A stretch of DNA of 59,226 nt from Candidatus Bathyarchaeota archaeon (GCA_017883585.1 JADGNG010000010.1:1-59226), one strand, 5' to 3'. Counted from the first letter of the stretch, positions 16,805 through 25,367 are shown. The notes: generated by a model not told the origin, from the sequence alone. Translations and numbers: made by a program.

Positions 16805-18679
16805 CTAATCCTCTTCCTCGGGCTGCTCCTCGATCCAGCTGAACTTCTTCTGCAGCGTCGTCGGGTAGTAGCTGCGCCAGTCGAAGCCCACATTCTTCCC
16901 CCAGTCGTAGTAGATGCGTGGGTCGATGTAGTTCTTCAGACTGGTCGCGAGGTTGTAGTCGCGGGTGATCTCCTGTGCCTCGACTTGTAGTCTCATCCGC
17001 TCGACGGCCTCCCTGTCACGGAGCCTCCTATCTTCAAGTTGCTTCTTATCCTTCAGCGTGACAGTGACATAGGCATTTTTAAGCTTCCTTATACGGTCAC
17101 GTGCCGCCTTCGTCTTGTCGCGGGCTGCTGACAGGCGCTTCCTCGAGGCCTTCTGGTCGCCGCCCGCCTTCTCGACCCCGGCGAGCTGGGCGCGTAGCTC
17201 CTCCTCCCTCTTCTCCGCCTCTGCGAGCTTCTTCTCGGCCTCCACGAGCTTCTCGCGGTACTTTCTCTCCTCCTCCGCGAGCTTCTGGTGGATCTCCTTC
17301 TCGTCGGCTGAGGTCTTCGCCTCTAGCTGCTTCAGGCGGTCCTTCTTCTTCTGGAGGCTCTGCTGCCAAGTCTTGGGGATTGTACGCTTGTGGTTGCAGA
17401 CTTTTGCTGCCTCTAGGTTGGCCTTAAGGGCGGCTTGGCGCTTGAGATAGTCGGGGTCCTCTGGCTTCACGGTCTGGGTGGCGAGTCCGCTCCTGACTGC
17501 GTCGGTGGCGTAGAGGGTCCTGAAGACCTTGGCGCTTAGCCCCTCCATCATCTCCTTGAGGAAGTCGCCGACGTGACCCGAGTTTATCCCCTCGAAGAGG
17601 CTCTCCTTCCCCGCGCTAACGGCGAAGTCGCGTAGGTTCTGGACCACCTTCGGGGGGAGCGGGGCGGTGATGTTCATCGGCACCGAGTCCTTGCCGAGGA
17701 AGTTGAATGTGACCGATCCGTCCCTGTTGAAGCAGACGTGCTCGGGGCGGAGCGTTGACGCGCCGACGGTGTCGGCCTCGTCCTCCTCGTCCTTCTCGTC
17801 CCCCACCCTGAACTTGAGGCGGTCGATGAGGTAGCAGACGGTCGCCACCTTCCTCCTCTTCAGGTCCTCGATGGTAAGGTTACCCTCGATGTGCGCCTTT
17901 ACATCGTCGAGCTTCTCCTTGAGGGCCCTCGCCTTCTCATACTTCTCCATGTCCTTTCTCTGCTTAAGGAAGCTCGCGTCCCCGGGCCAGACGTACTTCT
18001 TCTTGCCGCTGAGCTTGTCTGTCCAGCGGGCTATCCACATGGTGCCCGGCTCCCAGACAATTGCCTTCCAGTTACCCGTGGGCCTTGGTGCGTCAGGGCT
18101 GAGGTTGAGTTCTATGTCCTCATATGTTGGGCCGAGCTTCCACTTGCCCCTCCAAGGGTGCTGTCCACGCCCCATGAAGATGCTGTTAGGCTCGACATTG
18201 TAGTTTCCGAGTTCCATCCGCTGCTCGTCGACTGTGGCATAGCCGTACTTCTCCTTGTTCGCGTCGCGCTGCGCCTTCCGCTCTGCAGCCTGCCCCTTCT
18301 TCACCTCTGGTGGGAGTTTCAGCTTCTCCTCCCTCTCCTTTTGGACAAGACGTATGATGTCGCTGAAGTCGACTTCCCCAGCTAGGAGCTTCATGCCGAG
18401 AGCCTTGCCGAAATCCTCGTGGAAGTTCTCTGCGAACTTGGGGTCGTCCACGTAGGGTGTGCCGACCTTCTTCGCCCAGGCGACGGCCATTTCCTCCTGC
18501 TCGTCGTTCAGCCTTGTGGGTTGGCCTTTGATCCTTACGGATAGTCCCCTGCCCTTGTACCTCGGGGGCACTATGACACCGTTGTGGTGGAGTGTGTTCA
18601 CGCCGTGCACCGGACTTGGATGAATACCGGGAGTCTGCTCTATAAAAATACCTGAACCACCGGGGTAGATCAGCTTCAT
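16805..18679 (-). CDS. topIB: Eukaryote-type DNA topoisomerase IB
   Basis: Motif-by-motif match to nuclear TOP1:
- LHHNGVIVPP
- DTVGASTLRPEHV (Arg)
- FLGKDSVPM (Lys)
- AKVFRTLYA (Arg)
- CNHKRT (His)
- LATSLKNYIDPRI (catalytic Tyr)

A Lys/Glu/Arg-rich coiled-coil linker lies between the His and the Tyr. Confidence 0.93.
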   Translation of the reverse strand: MKLIYPGGSGIFIEQTPGIHPSPVHGVNTLHHNGVIVPPRYKGRGLSVRIKGQPTRLNDEQEEMAVAWAKKVGTPYVDDPKFAENFHEDFGKALGMKLLAGEVDFSDIIRLVQKEREEKLKLPPEVKKGQAAERKAQRDANKEKYGYATVDEQRMELGNYNVEPNSIFMGRGQHPWRGKWKLGPTYEDIELNLSPDAPRPTGNWKAIVWEPGTMWIARWTDKLSGKKKYVWPGDASFLKQRKDMEKYEKARALKEKLDDVKAHIEGNLTIEDLKRRKVATVCYLIDRLKFRVGDEKDEEDEADTVGASTLRPEHVCFNRDGSVTFNFLGKDSVPMNITAPLPPKVVQNLRDFAVSAGKESLFEGINSGHVGDFLKEMMEGLSAKVFRTLYATDAVRSGLATQTVKPEDPDYLKRQAALKANLEAAKVCNHKRTIPKTWQQSLQKKKDRLKQLEAKTSADEKEIHQKLAEEERKYREKLVEAEKKLAEAEKREEELRAQLAGVEKAGGDQKASRKRLSAARDKTKAARDRIRKLKNAYVTVTLKDKKQLEDRRLRDREAVERMRLQVEAQEITRDYNLATSLKNYIDPRIYYDWGKNVGFDWRSYYPTTLQKKFSWIEEQPEEED

Positions 18680-18704
18680 CTGGCTCCCCAGCTAAGTACC
18701 ACCC

Positions 18705-19254
18705 ATGACTCCAACAGTCGGGGATCTATTCATAGAGTACACAAAGACCCAGTGCAAGACCCTCAAGCAGACCGTGGAGAAGACGCTTGCCCAGGTCAGC
18801 GACGAGGAGTTCTTCAGTAAGCTGGGGACTGAGTCCCACAGCATCGCCGTGCTCGTGAAGCATGTCGGGGGGACGCTCAGGAGCAGGTTCACTGGTCTCC
18901 TAACGTAGGAGGGGGAGAAGCGGGACAGGGATAGAGAAAACGAGTTCCGTATCCTCGAGGGGAGACGCGTTGGGTCCTCATATCGAAGTGGGATGAAGGC
19001 TGGGGGAGGCTCCTCAGGACTCTCGAGGAGTTGAAGGGGGACGACCTCGCACGCGACATTCAGGTGTGGTGGAGGAAGCAGCCCGCCCTGGAGGGTATCT
19101 ACCAGCAGTCGATGCACGCCGCGCAACACGGGGGCAGATCATCTACCTCGCCAAGCTCTTCAGGGGCGGCGACTGGAAGTACTTCACCATACCCAAGGGG
19201 GGAACCGAGGAGTACAACGCGCAGAAGCGCCATGAGGCAAGCTTAGTCAGGTAA
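18705..19254 (+). pseudogene. DinB-superfamily (DUF1572-like) gene, decayed
   Basis: Three frames carry consecutive family-like segments.
- Segment 1: ...HSIAVLVKHVGGTLRSRFTGLLT, an in-frame TAG at 18906-18908, then EGEKRDRDRENEF.
- Segment 2: a shift at the G4 run 18959-18962 leads to ETRWVLISKWDEGWGRLLRTLEELKGDDLARD...MHAAQH.
- Segment 3: a shift at the G5 run 19130-19134 leads to GQIIYLAKLFRGGDWKYFTIPKGGTEEYN. Confidence 0.7.
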
Positions 19255-19822
19255 GTGCCTTCTCCATCTCCGCGACGCCTAGCATCGCGCCGAATCGCTC
19301 CGCCGGCTTCCCGCCTCGGAAAACGATAACGGTAGGTATGCCCATGACGCCGTACTCCTTCCAAATCTCCGTCGAAGCCACCTCCATCTCGTAAAAGTCA
19401 GCTCCCCCCACTCGCTTCTCAGCTAAATCCTTGAACTGGGGCTTGATGACCTGACAGGCGGGGCAGTTCTCGCTGGCGAAGAGGACGGCGACGAGCCTCT
19501 TGGAGCTTAGAACCTTGTCCTGGAACTCGGCGTCTGTGATCGTGGTGATCACCTTCGACTCCCCTCTACTGAATAATCCCTTCAGCTTCGACAGGGGGCT
19601 CGGATACTTCTTGTAAGCGACCTGGTAGCCTACGTTCTCTATCGCCTTCTCTATAACGGCGAGCGGCGTCGTATCGTCATATGTGACCTTTAAGGTCTTC
19701 TTTAGGTAGTTGCCCTGCGCCTTTCTGACGCCGGAGACCTTCATCACGGACTTCTCCAGGGTGACGACGCAGGTGGGGCAATCCATCCGGGTGATCCCGA
19801 TCTCCTTGGTGACGTCGACCAT
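19247..19822 (-). CDS. Heavy-metal-associated (HMA, CopZ-like) domain fused to a thioredoxin-fold domain
   Basis: The N-terminal HMA domain has MDCPTC and a beta-alpha-beta-beta-alpha-beta-like length. The C-terminal ~105 aa form a thioredoxin fold with CPAC in place of CGPC and the cis-Pro context GIPT. The ATG at 19822 lies 2 nt after the copA stop. A GTG at 19843 would overlap copA by 19 nt. Confidence 0.82.
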   Translation of the reverse strand: MVDVTKEIGITRMDCPTCVVTLEKSVMKVSGVRKAQGNYLKKTLKVTYDDTTPLAVIEKAIENVGYQVAYKKYPSPLSKLKGLFSRGESKVITTITDAEFQDKVLSSKRLVAVLFASENCPACQVIKPQFKDLAEKRVGGADFYEMEVASTEIWKEYGVMGIPTVIVFRGGKPAERFGAMLGVAEMEKALT

Positions 19823-19824
19823 GG

Positions 19825-21897
19825 CTACTCCCTCGGCCTCCACCTGCGGAGCAGTAGGCTGTTGCTGACGACCGTGATGCTGCTCAGAGCCATTGCCCCA
19901 GCGGCGAGTATGGGGTTCATCTGTATCCCCCAGGGAATGAGCACGCCCGCGGCCACTGGGATGAGCGCCGAGTTGTAGGCGAAGGCCCAGAAGAGGTTCT
20001 GCTTGATCTTGCTGTAGGTGCGCTTGCTAAGGTCGATGGCTCTTGCGACGTCCTCGAGGTTGTTCTTTATGAGGACGATACCGCCCGTCTCGACGGCGAC
20101 GTCGGTGCCGCTGCCGAGGGCTATGCCCACGTCGCTGGCAGCGAGGGCGGGGGCGTCGTTTACACCGTCGCCAACCATGGCTACTATGAGGCCCTCCTTC
20201 TGCAGCTCCTTCACGACGTTGACCTTGTCCTCAGGGAGGACCTCAGCCCTGTAGTCGTCTATGCCGACCTGCTTCGCTATGGCCTCGGCCGTCCTCTTGT
20301 TGTCACCCGTTATCATGACGACCTTTAGGCCCATGCCTTTGAGTTTCTTGATGGCTTTGGGGGCGTTCTCCTTGATCTGATCGGCGACCGCAATTATGCC
20401 GATTACCTTGCCATTGGCGGAGACGAAGGCGAGGGTTTTCCCCTGGTCGTAGAGTGCCTCGGATTGTCTCTTCACCTCGTCGGGCATCTCGGCCTTGATC
20501 TCTTCCATGAGGCGACTTGTGCCGACTACGTAGCTCCTCCTACCGATGGAGCCCTTGACGCCCCTGCCAGCGAGTGCCTCGAAGCCCTTGGGCTCGGATA
20601 ATTTAAGCCCCTTCTCCTCAGCCTTCCTCACAACCGCGCTCCCGATGGGGTGTTCACTCAGCTTCTCGAGGCTCGCAGCCGCGGCCAGCAGATCGTCTGG
20701 CTTATCGCCAACCACATCTGTGACTGCAAGCTCTCCCTTGGTGAGGGTGCCCGTCTTATCGAAGGCGACAGCCTGTAGGCTGCGTGCCTTCTCGAGGAAC
20801 TCCCCGTTCTTGATGAGTATGCCGTTCTGGGCTCCAAGCCCAGCGCCGACCAGGATGGCCGTCGGCGTGGCTATCCCCATAGCACAGGGGCAGGCGACTA
20901 TGACGACTGCGACGAAGGTTGTGAAGGCGACGCCAAAGGTCTCGTGTCCGACGTAGAACCAGCCAAAAGCGGAGAGTGTGGCTATAATGAGTATGGTGGG
21001 GGTGAAGTAAGCCGCAATGGTGTCGGCAAAGCGCTGAATGGGCGCCTTACTGAGCTGCGCGTCCTCAACCATCTGCACAATCTGCTGGAGGGTGGTGTTC
21101 ATCCCGATCTTTGTGACGTCCATCTTGAAGCTCCCCTCCTTGTTCATGGTCCCTCCGATGACCTCGTCCCCCGCCTTCTTCGACACCGGAACGCTCTCGC
21201 CCGTGATCATGCTCTCATCCACGCTACTGGCCCCGTTCACGATGACACCATCAAGGGGTACTCGTTCCCCCGGCTTGACGCGCAGGATATCCATCGGCAT
21301 GATAGTCTCGACGCCGACCTCCTCCTCGGAACCATCCTCCCTGACAATCCTAGCCATGAGGGGTTGGAGGTCGAGCAACTTCCGAACCGCGTCCGACGCG
21401 CGACCCCTCGCGACCTCCTCAAGGTACTTGCCGATGAGGATGAGTGCAAGGATTAACGCGGAGGCGTCGAAGTAGACATCCATACTCGGCGCCCACTGGG
21501 GAAAGAACACGACGAAAGTACTATATGCCCAGGCGGTTGTCGAGCCGATGACTATGAGGGTGTCCATATTGGCTGTCCTAGCCTTCAGCGCCCCCCACGC
21601 CCCGCGGTAGTACCTCCACCCCGCCACGAACTGGACCGGAGTCGCGAGGAGGAAAGCCCACCACTCCATAGGGAGGAGGGGCAGGGGCACCCCCGCGAAC
21701 ATGACTATGAAGGTTAGTGCGCCGAGGATCAGGCTGAAGACGGCCAGGTTCCTCAGCTTCTTCAGTTCCCTGTCAGGCTGCTGGAAGGTGAGCATGCAAC
21801 CCTCGCTGCAGAAGTAGTAGGTCTTGCCGCCCCTCTCTACCTTGAAGGCGGCGTGCTCCTCGTTAACGTACATCCCGCAGACTGGGTCGCGTGCCAA
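19825..21897 (-). CDS. copA: Cu(I)-translocating P1B-1-type ATPase with N-terminal TRASH/YHS metal-binding domain
   Basis: - N-terminal TRASH/YHS-like domain: DPVCGMYV...YYFCSEGC.
- TM6 CPC (ACPCAMGIATP).
- Phosphorylation and nucleotide motifs: DKTGTLT, GDGVNDAP.
- Cu-type TM7/8 residues: YN in AFAYNSA, MALSS. Confidence 0.93.
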   Translation of the reverse strand: MARDPVCGMYVNEEHAAFKVERGGKTYYFCSEGCMLTFQQPDRELKKLRNLAVFSLILGALTFIVMFAGVPLPLLPMEWWAFLLATPVQFVAGWRYYRGAWGALKARTANMDTLIVIGSTTAWAYSTFVVFFPQWAPSMDVYFDASALILALILIGKYLEEVARGRASDAVRKLLDLQPLMARIVREDGSEEEVGVETIMPMDILRVKPGERVPLDGVIVNGASSVDESMITGESVPVSKKAGDEVIGGTMNKEGSFKMDVTKIGMNTTLQQIVQMVEDAQLSKAPIQRFADTIAAYFTPTILIIATLSAFGWFYVGHETFGVAFTTFVAVVIVACPCAMGIATPTAILVGAGLGAQNGILIKNGEFLEKARSLQAVAFDKTGTLTKGELAVTDVVGDKPDDLLAAAASLEKLSEHPIGSAVVRKAEEKGLKLSEPKGFEALAGRGVKGSIGRRSYVVGTSRLMEEIKAEMPDEVKRQSEALYDQGKTLAFVSANGKVIGIIAVADQIKENAPKAIKKLKGMGLKVVMITGDNKRTAEAIAKQVGIDDYRAEVLPEDKVNVVKELQKEGLIVAMVGDGVNDAPALAASDVGIALGSGTDVAVETGGIVLIKNNLEDVARAIDLSKRTYSKIKQNLFWAFAYNSALIPVAAGVLIPWGIQMNPILAAGAMALSSITVVSNSLLLRRWRPRE

Positions 21898-21966
21898 CTA
21901 TGTTCACTGAGTCCTCTGAGAAGCCCATGAATTTAAGGAGTCAGCGAAAAAGGGCTCGAATCAGGG

Positions 21967-24096
21967 TTACCTGATCCTGCCTTCCACGTTCTTATCGACG
22001 CGGACGATCTCATTTTCCGTTCCAAGCAGCTTGCCGTTGATGTAAGCCTTCCCCGCCTTCGCCTCAAGTGTAAGGGCAGCGATGTCCCCGATTTCTATTT
22101 GAGGGGCTCCCTTACCAGAGATACCTTCAGCTGTGACCTGCGTTCCAGTCGGGCTGTCGGGTACGTTCAATACCCCGACCACGCTACCGGAGTCAGCGGC
22201 TAGTAACATACCCTGGCTAAGTTCGCCTCGGAGCTTCGCTGGCTTCAGGTTCGTGACGACGACTAGGTGCTTCCCAAGCAGTTCCTCCTTGTGGTAATAG
22301 GGCTTAAGCCCTGCGCATAGCTGCCTCTGCTCGGAGCCGAGGTCGATCTTGAGGACATAGAGCTTGTCCGCCTGCGGGTGGTCCTTGACCTCTGTGACGA
22401 CGGCGACGCGTAGGTCGAGGGACGCGGGGCCAGTCGGCTTCGCCGGCTTCTCCTCTCTCTTCTCCTCCTGTTTCTCCCCCGGCTTCTTCAACACTATCGG
22501 GTCGATCTTGCGGAGGATTATCTTGGCACCTGCGATGTGATGGTTCTCGATGACACGGTCCACGTCCGTCCACTTGAGGTTGGGAAGTCCCAGCTGCTCC
22601 TCGACTCTCTCGGCGAAGACTGGGGTTATTGGCTTCATGAGGATCGCCACAGTCTTGACGATGTTCACGCAATCGGTCAAGACCCTCTGCGCCTTCTCCT
22701 TATCCGTCTTTACGAGCTCCCACGGCTTGTTGTCCTGGAAATACTTGTTACCGACTGTACTGATCTCGAGAGTCTTCGCCACAGCCTCACGGAAGTTTAG
22801 TTCATAATAGCTGTCCCTGACTCCTTCTGCCTTCCTCGCCACGTCGGCGAGCAGCTCCCCGTCCAGCGTGGTGGTGACGGTGCTGTCGAAGTTCTTGTCG
22901 AGGAAGCTCAGGGTCCTGTAGACGAGGTTGGCGATGTTGCTGACTAGCTCGTTATTGACCTTGTCCTGCAGGGTCTTTAGGTCGAGGTCGATGTCAGTCA
23001 TGGTGTGGCTGAGGTTTGCGGCGTAGTAGTAGCGGAGTAGCTCGGGGTCGAGCAGGTCGGCGAACTCGCTCGCGGTGAGGAAGGTGCCTCGGCTCTTGCT
23101 CATCTTCTCCCCGTTGACGTTTAGGAACCCGTGGACGACTACGTTGTCTGGGACGTGGAATCCACTGCCCATTAGGACGGCAGGCCAGAAGAGGAGGTGG
23201 AAGTAGATTATGTCTTTCCCGATGACGTGGATGATCGTTGAGTCGTAGGTCTGCCAGATGTCGTCCGCCGTGAAGCCCCTGCCCTTGCAGTAGTTTGCTG
23301 TTGAGGCGATGTATCCGATGGGGGCATCGAGCCAGACATAGAAGTACTTCTCCTCCTCGCCGGGTATCTTGAAGCCGAAGTAGGGGCCGTCCCTGCTGAT
23401 GCACCAGTCCTGTAGCCCCTGGTCAACCCAGCTCAGTATCTGGTTCCTGATCTCGGGCTGCAGGTTCTTGTTCCCCGTGAGCCATGCGCGGAGCTTATCG
23501 CTGAAGTCGTTGAGGCGGAAGAAGTAGTGGCGGCTCGGCTTCCGGATGGGGGTTGAGCCACAGATGCTGCAGTATGGCTCGACGAGGTCCGTCGTGGCGT
23601 AGGTGGCGTTGCAGTGCTCGCAGACGTCCCCATACTGGTCCTTCGCCCCACACTTCGGGCACGTCCCCTTCACGTACCTGTCGGGGAGGTACCGCTTGCA
23701 GTGCTCGCAGTAAGTGAGCTCGATCTCCTTCGTGTATATGTGCCCCGCGTCGACGAGACGCTTGAAGATAAGCTCAGTGTATGCCTTGTTCTCGGGGCTG
23801 TTCGTGGTGTAGTAGCAGTCATAGTCAATGTGGTACCGCCTGTAGTCTTCCCTATGTTCCTTCACCCACCTGTCTATGAACTGCTCCGGGGTGACGCCCT
23901 GCTTAGCGGCGGCTATCTCTATGGGGGCCCCGTGGGTGTCCTCTGCCCCGCAGTAGAAGGCATTGTGGCCGTTGAGTTTTAAGAATCTCGTGTAGATGTC
24001 TGCCTGGGTGTTCTCCACGAGGTGGCCTATATGGACGGGTCCGTTAGCGTAGATGAGCGCCGACGTTATCAGTATGCGGTTCTTCAATTCCTTCAT
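21967..24096 (-). CDS. metG: Methionyl-tRNA synthetase with C-terminal EMAP/Trbp111-type tRNA-binding domain
   Basis: - Class I motifs: PVHIGHL (HIGH) and KMSKSRG (KMSKS).
- Zinc knuckles: CPKCG...CEHC and CEHCKR...CSICG.
- C-terminal OB domain: DLRVAVVTEVKDHPQADKLYVLKIDLG. Confidence 0.96.
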   Translation of the reverse strand: MKELKNRILITSALIYANGPVHIGHLVENTQADIYTRFLKLNGHNAFYCGAEDTHGAPIEIAAAKQGVTPEQFIDRWVKEHREDYRRYHIDYDCYYTTNSPENKAYTELIFKRLVDAGHIYTKEIELTYCEHCKRYLPDRYVKGTCPKCGAKDQYGDVCEHCNATYATTDLVEPYCSICGSTPIRKPSRHYFFRLNDFSDKLRAWLTGNKNLQPEIRNQILSWVDQGLQDWCISRDGPYFGFKIPGEEEKYFYVWLDAPIGYIASTANYCKGRGFTADDIWQTYDSTIIHVIGKDIIYFHLLFWPAVLMGSGFHVPDNVVVHGFLNVNGEKMSKSRGTFLTASEFADLLDPELLRYYYAANLSHTMTDIDLDLKTLQDKVNNELVSNIANLVYRTLSFLDKNFDSTVTTTLDGELLADVARKAEGVRDSYYELNFREAVAKTLEISTVGNKYFQDNKPWELVKTDKEKAQRVLTDCVNIVKTVAILMKPITPVFAERVEEQLGLPNLKWTDVDRVIENHHIAGAKIILRKIDPIVLKKPGEKQEEKREEKPAKPTGPASLDLRVAVVTEVKDHPQADKLYVLKIDLGSEQRQLCAGLKPYYHKEELLGKHLVVVTNLKPAKLRGELSQGMLLAADSGSVVGVLNVPDSPTGTQVTAEGISGKGAPQIEIGDIAALTLEAKAGKAYINGKLLGTENEIVRVDKNVEGRIR

Positions 24097-24232
24097 CGAT
24101 GGCTCCCCTCGAAGTTTTCGATCGAATAGCCGGTTTGGGCTATTAAAACACGTTGCCTCGGCTCAGCCGAGGGCCTCCGAGCGATCTCATTTCTTCCTGT
24201 GAGTTTTGATCCCCTTCTAATACAGGCTTTCG

Positions 24233-24245
24233 TTTATTTAAATTT
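24233..24245 (+). promoter_or_regulatory. TATA-box-like element (TTTATTTAAATTT) upstream of the 24327 gene
   Basis: Strongest AT element in the 230-bp divergent spacer between metG and the 321-aa ORF. A second TATATT follows at 24251-24256. Confidence 0.35.
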
Positions 24246-24326
24246 CTGTCTATATTGCTGCGCACCCTCACTGAATGGTTTCACCCCTAAGAAGTGTAAT
24301 ATGGGCCATCAACCAACTCAAGATCG

Positions 24327-25292
24327 ATGGCCGAGAAGGGGCAGGACAAGGAGAAGATAGCCAGCAGGGAGGAGCTGATGGGCCTCGTCCAGTTGGTCAT
24401 CATCTTCACCGCCATCCTAGTTGGGCGTCAGATCGGCAACGTCTACAGCAGCTATGGGGAGCTGAACAGGATGGCTGTGAACCTCGAGTTCTCCGAGGAG
24501 GGGATGTCCAACTACATCAGGGATGCCATCCAGGGAAGGAACGGGACACTCAACGTGGGCCTGGCGGTCACGCTGCCCGGATTTACGAGCACCGAAGGCC
24601 ACGTCACACAGACACCTGACTACGTTAGGAAGTGGCTGATCAGCGTAACATTGAGTCCCATTGTCGTCACCCAACCCGAGGTATCCGACGTCTACCTCGC
24701 CTTCCAGGTCGAGGGCCACACCGTCATGAACCGCACATACACCTTTCCCCGGCAGAAGGTCGGCTACATAACCTTCGTGAACAGAAACCTCCCCCTCTTC
24801 ATAGACGACGAGGCGGCGTTTATGAAGATCGTCAGCGACGCGGCAGTAGCTCATGCAGGAGAGATTGAGGTCACCATCACCGGACGCGCAAAGGCCAACG
24901 TCCTCTTCTTCGAGGCCTTTCTCCCCTTCAAGACAACCAGATATCCCCTGATCGCACTGCCGACCCTAACCCTCACAAGGTCAGGTTGGTACAACGCGAA
25001 CGGGGCAACGGCGACTGGCAAGTTGCGTGACCTGATGTTTGTGGAGATAGCCCTCGACAACCCGACGAGGGTCCACTCTATCACGCAGAACGTCACCTGT
25101 AGATTCTACCTCGAAGGCGAGGAGACGCCGGTGGCGACCATAACGAAGGTGACCACTGCGGCCCCCGGGACACGATCCACGTACGACTTTAACTTCGTCC
25201 CCGCGAAGCCCGGTACCTACACGTACTCCCTCGACTCACCCGGGCTCTCCCTCCCCCCCGGGGCCTCGCCCCACCTCGTGGTCAGCCCCTAG
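24327..25292 (+). CDS. Hypothetical membrane-anchored protein with beta-rich ectodomain (321 aa)
   Basis: Charged N-terminus, then one TM helix (LVQLVIIFTAILVG). The remainder is Thr/Val/Tyr-rich with alternating hydrophobic patterns typical of Ig-like sandwiches (TCRFYLEGEETPVATITKVTTAAPGTRSTYDFNFVPAKPGTYTYSL). No family name I can defend. Confidence 0.55.
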   Translation: MAEKGQDKEKIASREELMGLVQLVIIFTAILVGRQIGNVYSSYGELNRMAVNLEFSEEGMSNYIRDAIQGRNGTLNVGLAVTLPGFTSTEGHVTQTPDYVRKWLISVTLSPIVVTQPEVSDVYLAFQVEGHTVMNRTYTFPRQKVGYITFVNRNLPLFIDDEAAFMKIVSDAAVAHAGEIEVTITGRAKANVLFFEAFLPFKTTRYPLIALPTLTLTRSGWYNANGATATGKLRDLMFVEIALDNPTRVHSITQNVTCRFYLEGEETPVATITKVTTAAPGTRSTYDFNFVPAKPGTYTYSLDSPGLSLPPGASPHLVVSP

Positions 25293-25367
25293 CCGGGAAA
25301 GCTCAAAAGGGGCTGGGCTTCTTTACTCAGCGGTGCCGGTATGGAGGGTATCCTAGTCAAGTATCCG

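Noticed and set aside
17097-17450. Repetitive GAG/GAA/AAG-rich DNA with three overlapping ORFs on both strands inside topIB. I considered a tandem repeat or separate gene.
   Set aside because: It encodes the Lys/Glu/Arg-rich coiled-coil linker of TopIB in the topIB frame. There is no exact repeat unit. The other ORFs are low-complexity shadows.
15800-19254. topIB plus its flanking pseudogenes as an integrated mobile element or genomic island.
   Set aside because: There is no integrase, transposase, tRNA target, flanking direct or inverted repeats, or compositional break visible. topIB is a vertically inherited hallmark gene in the lineage it resembles.
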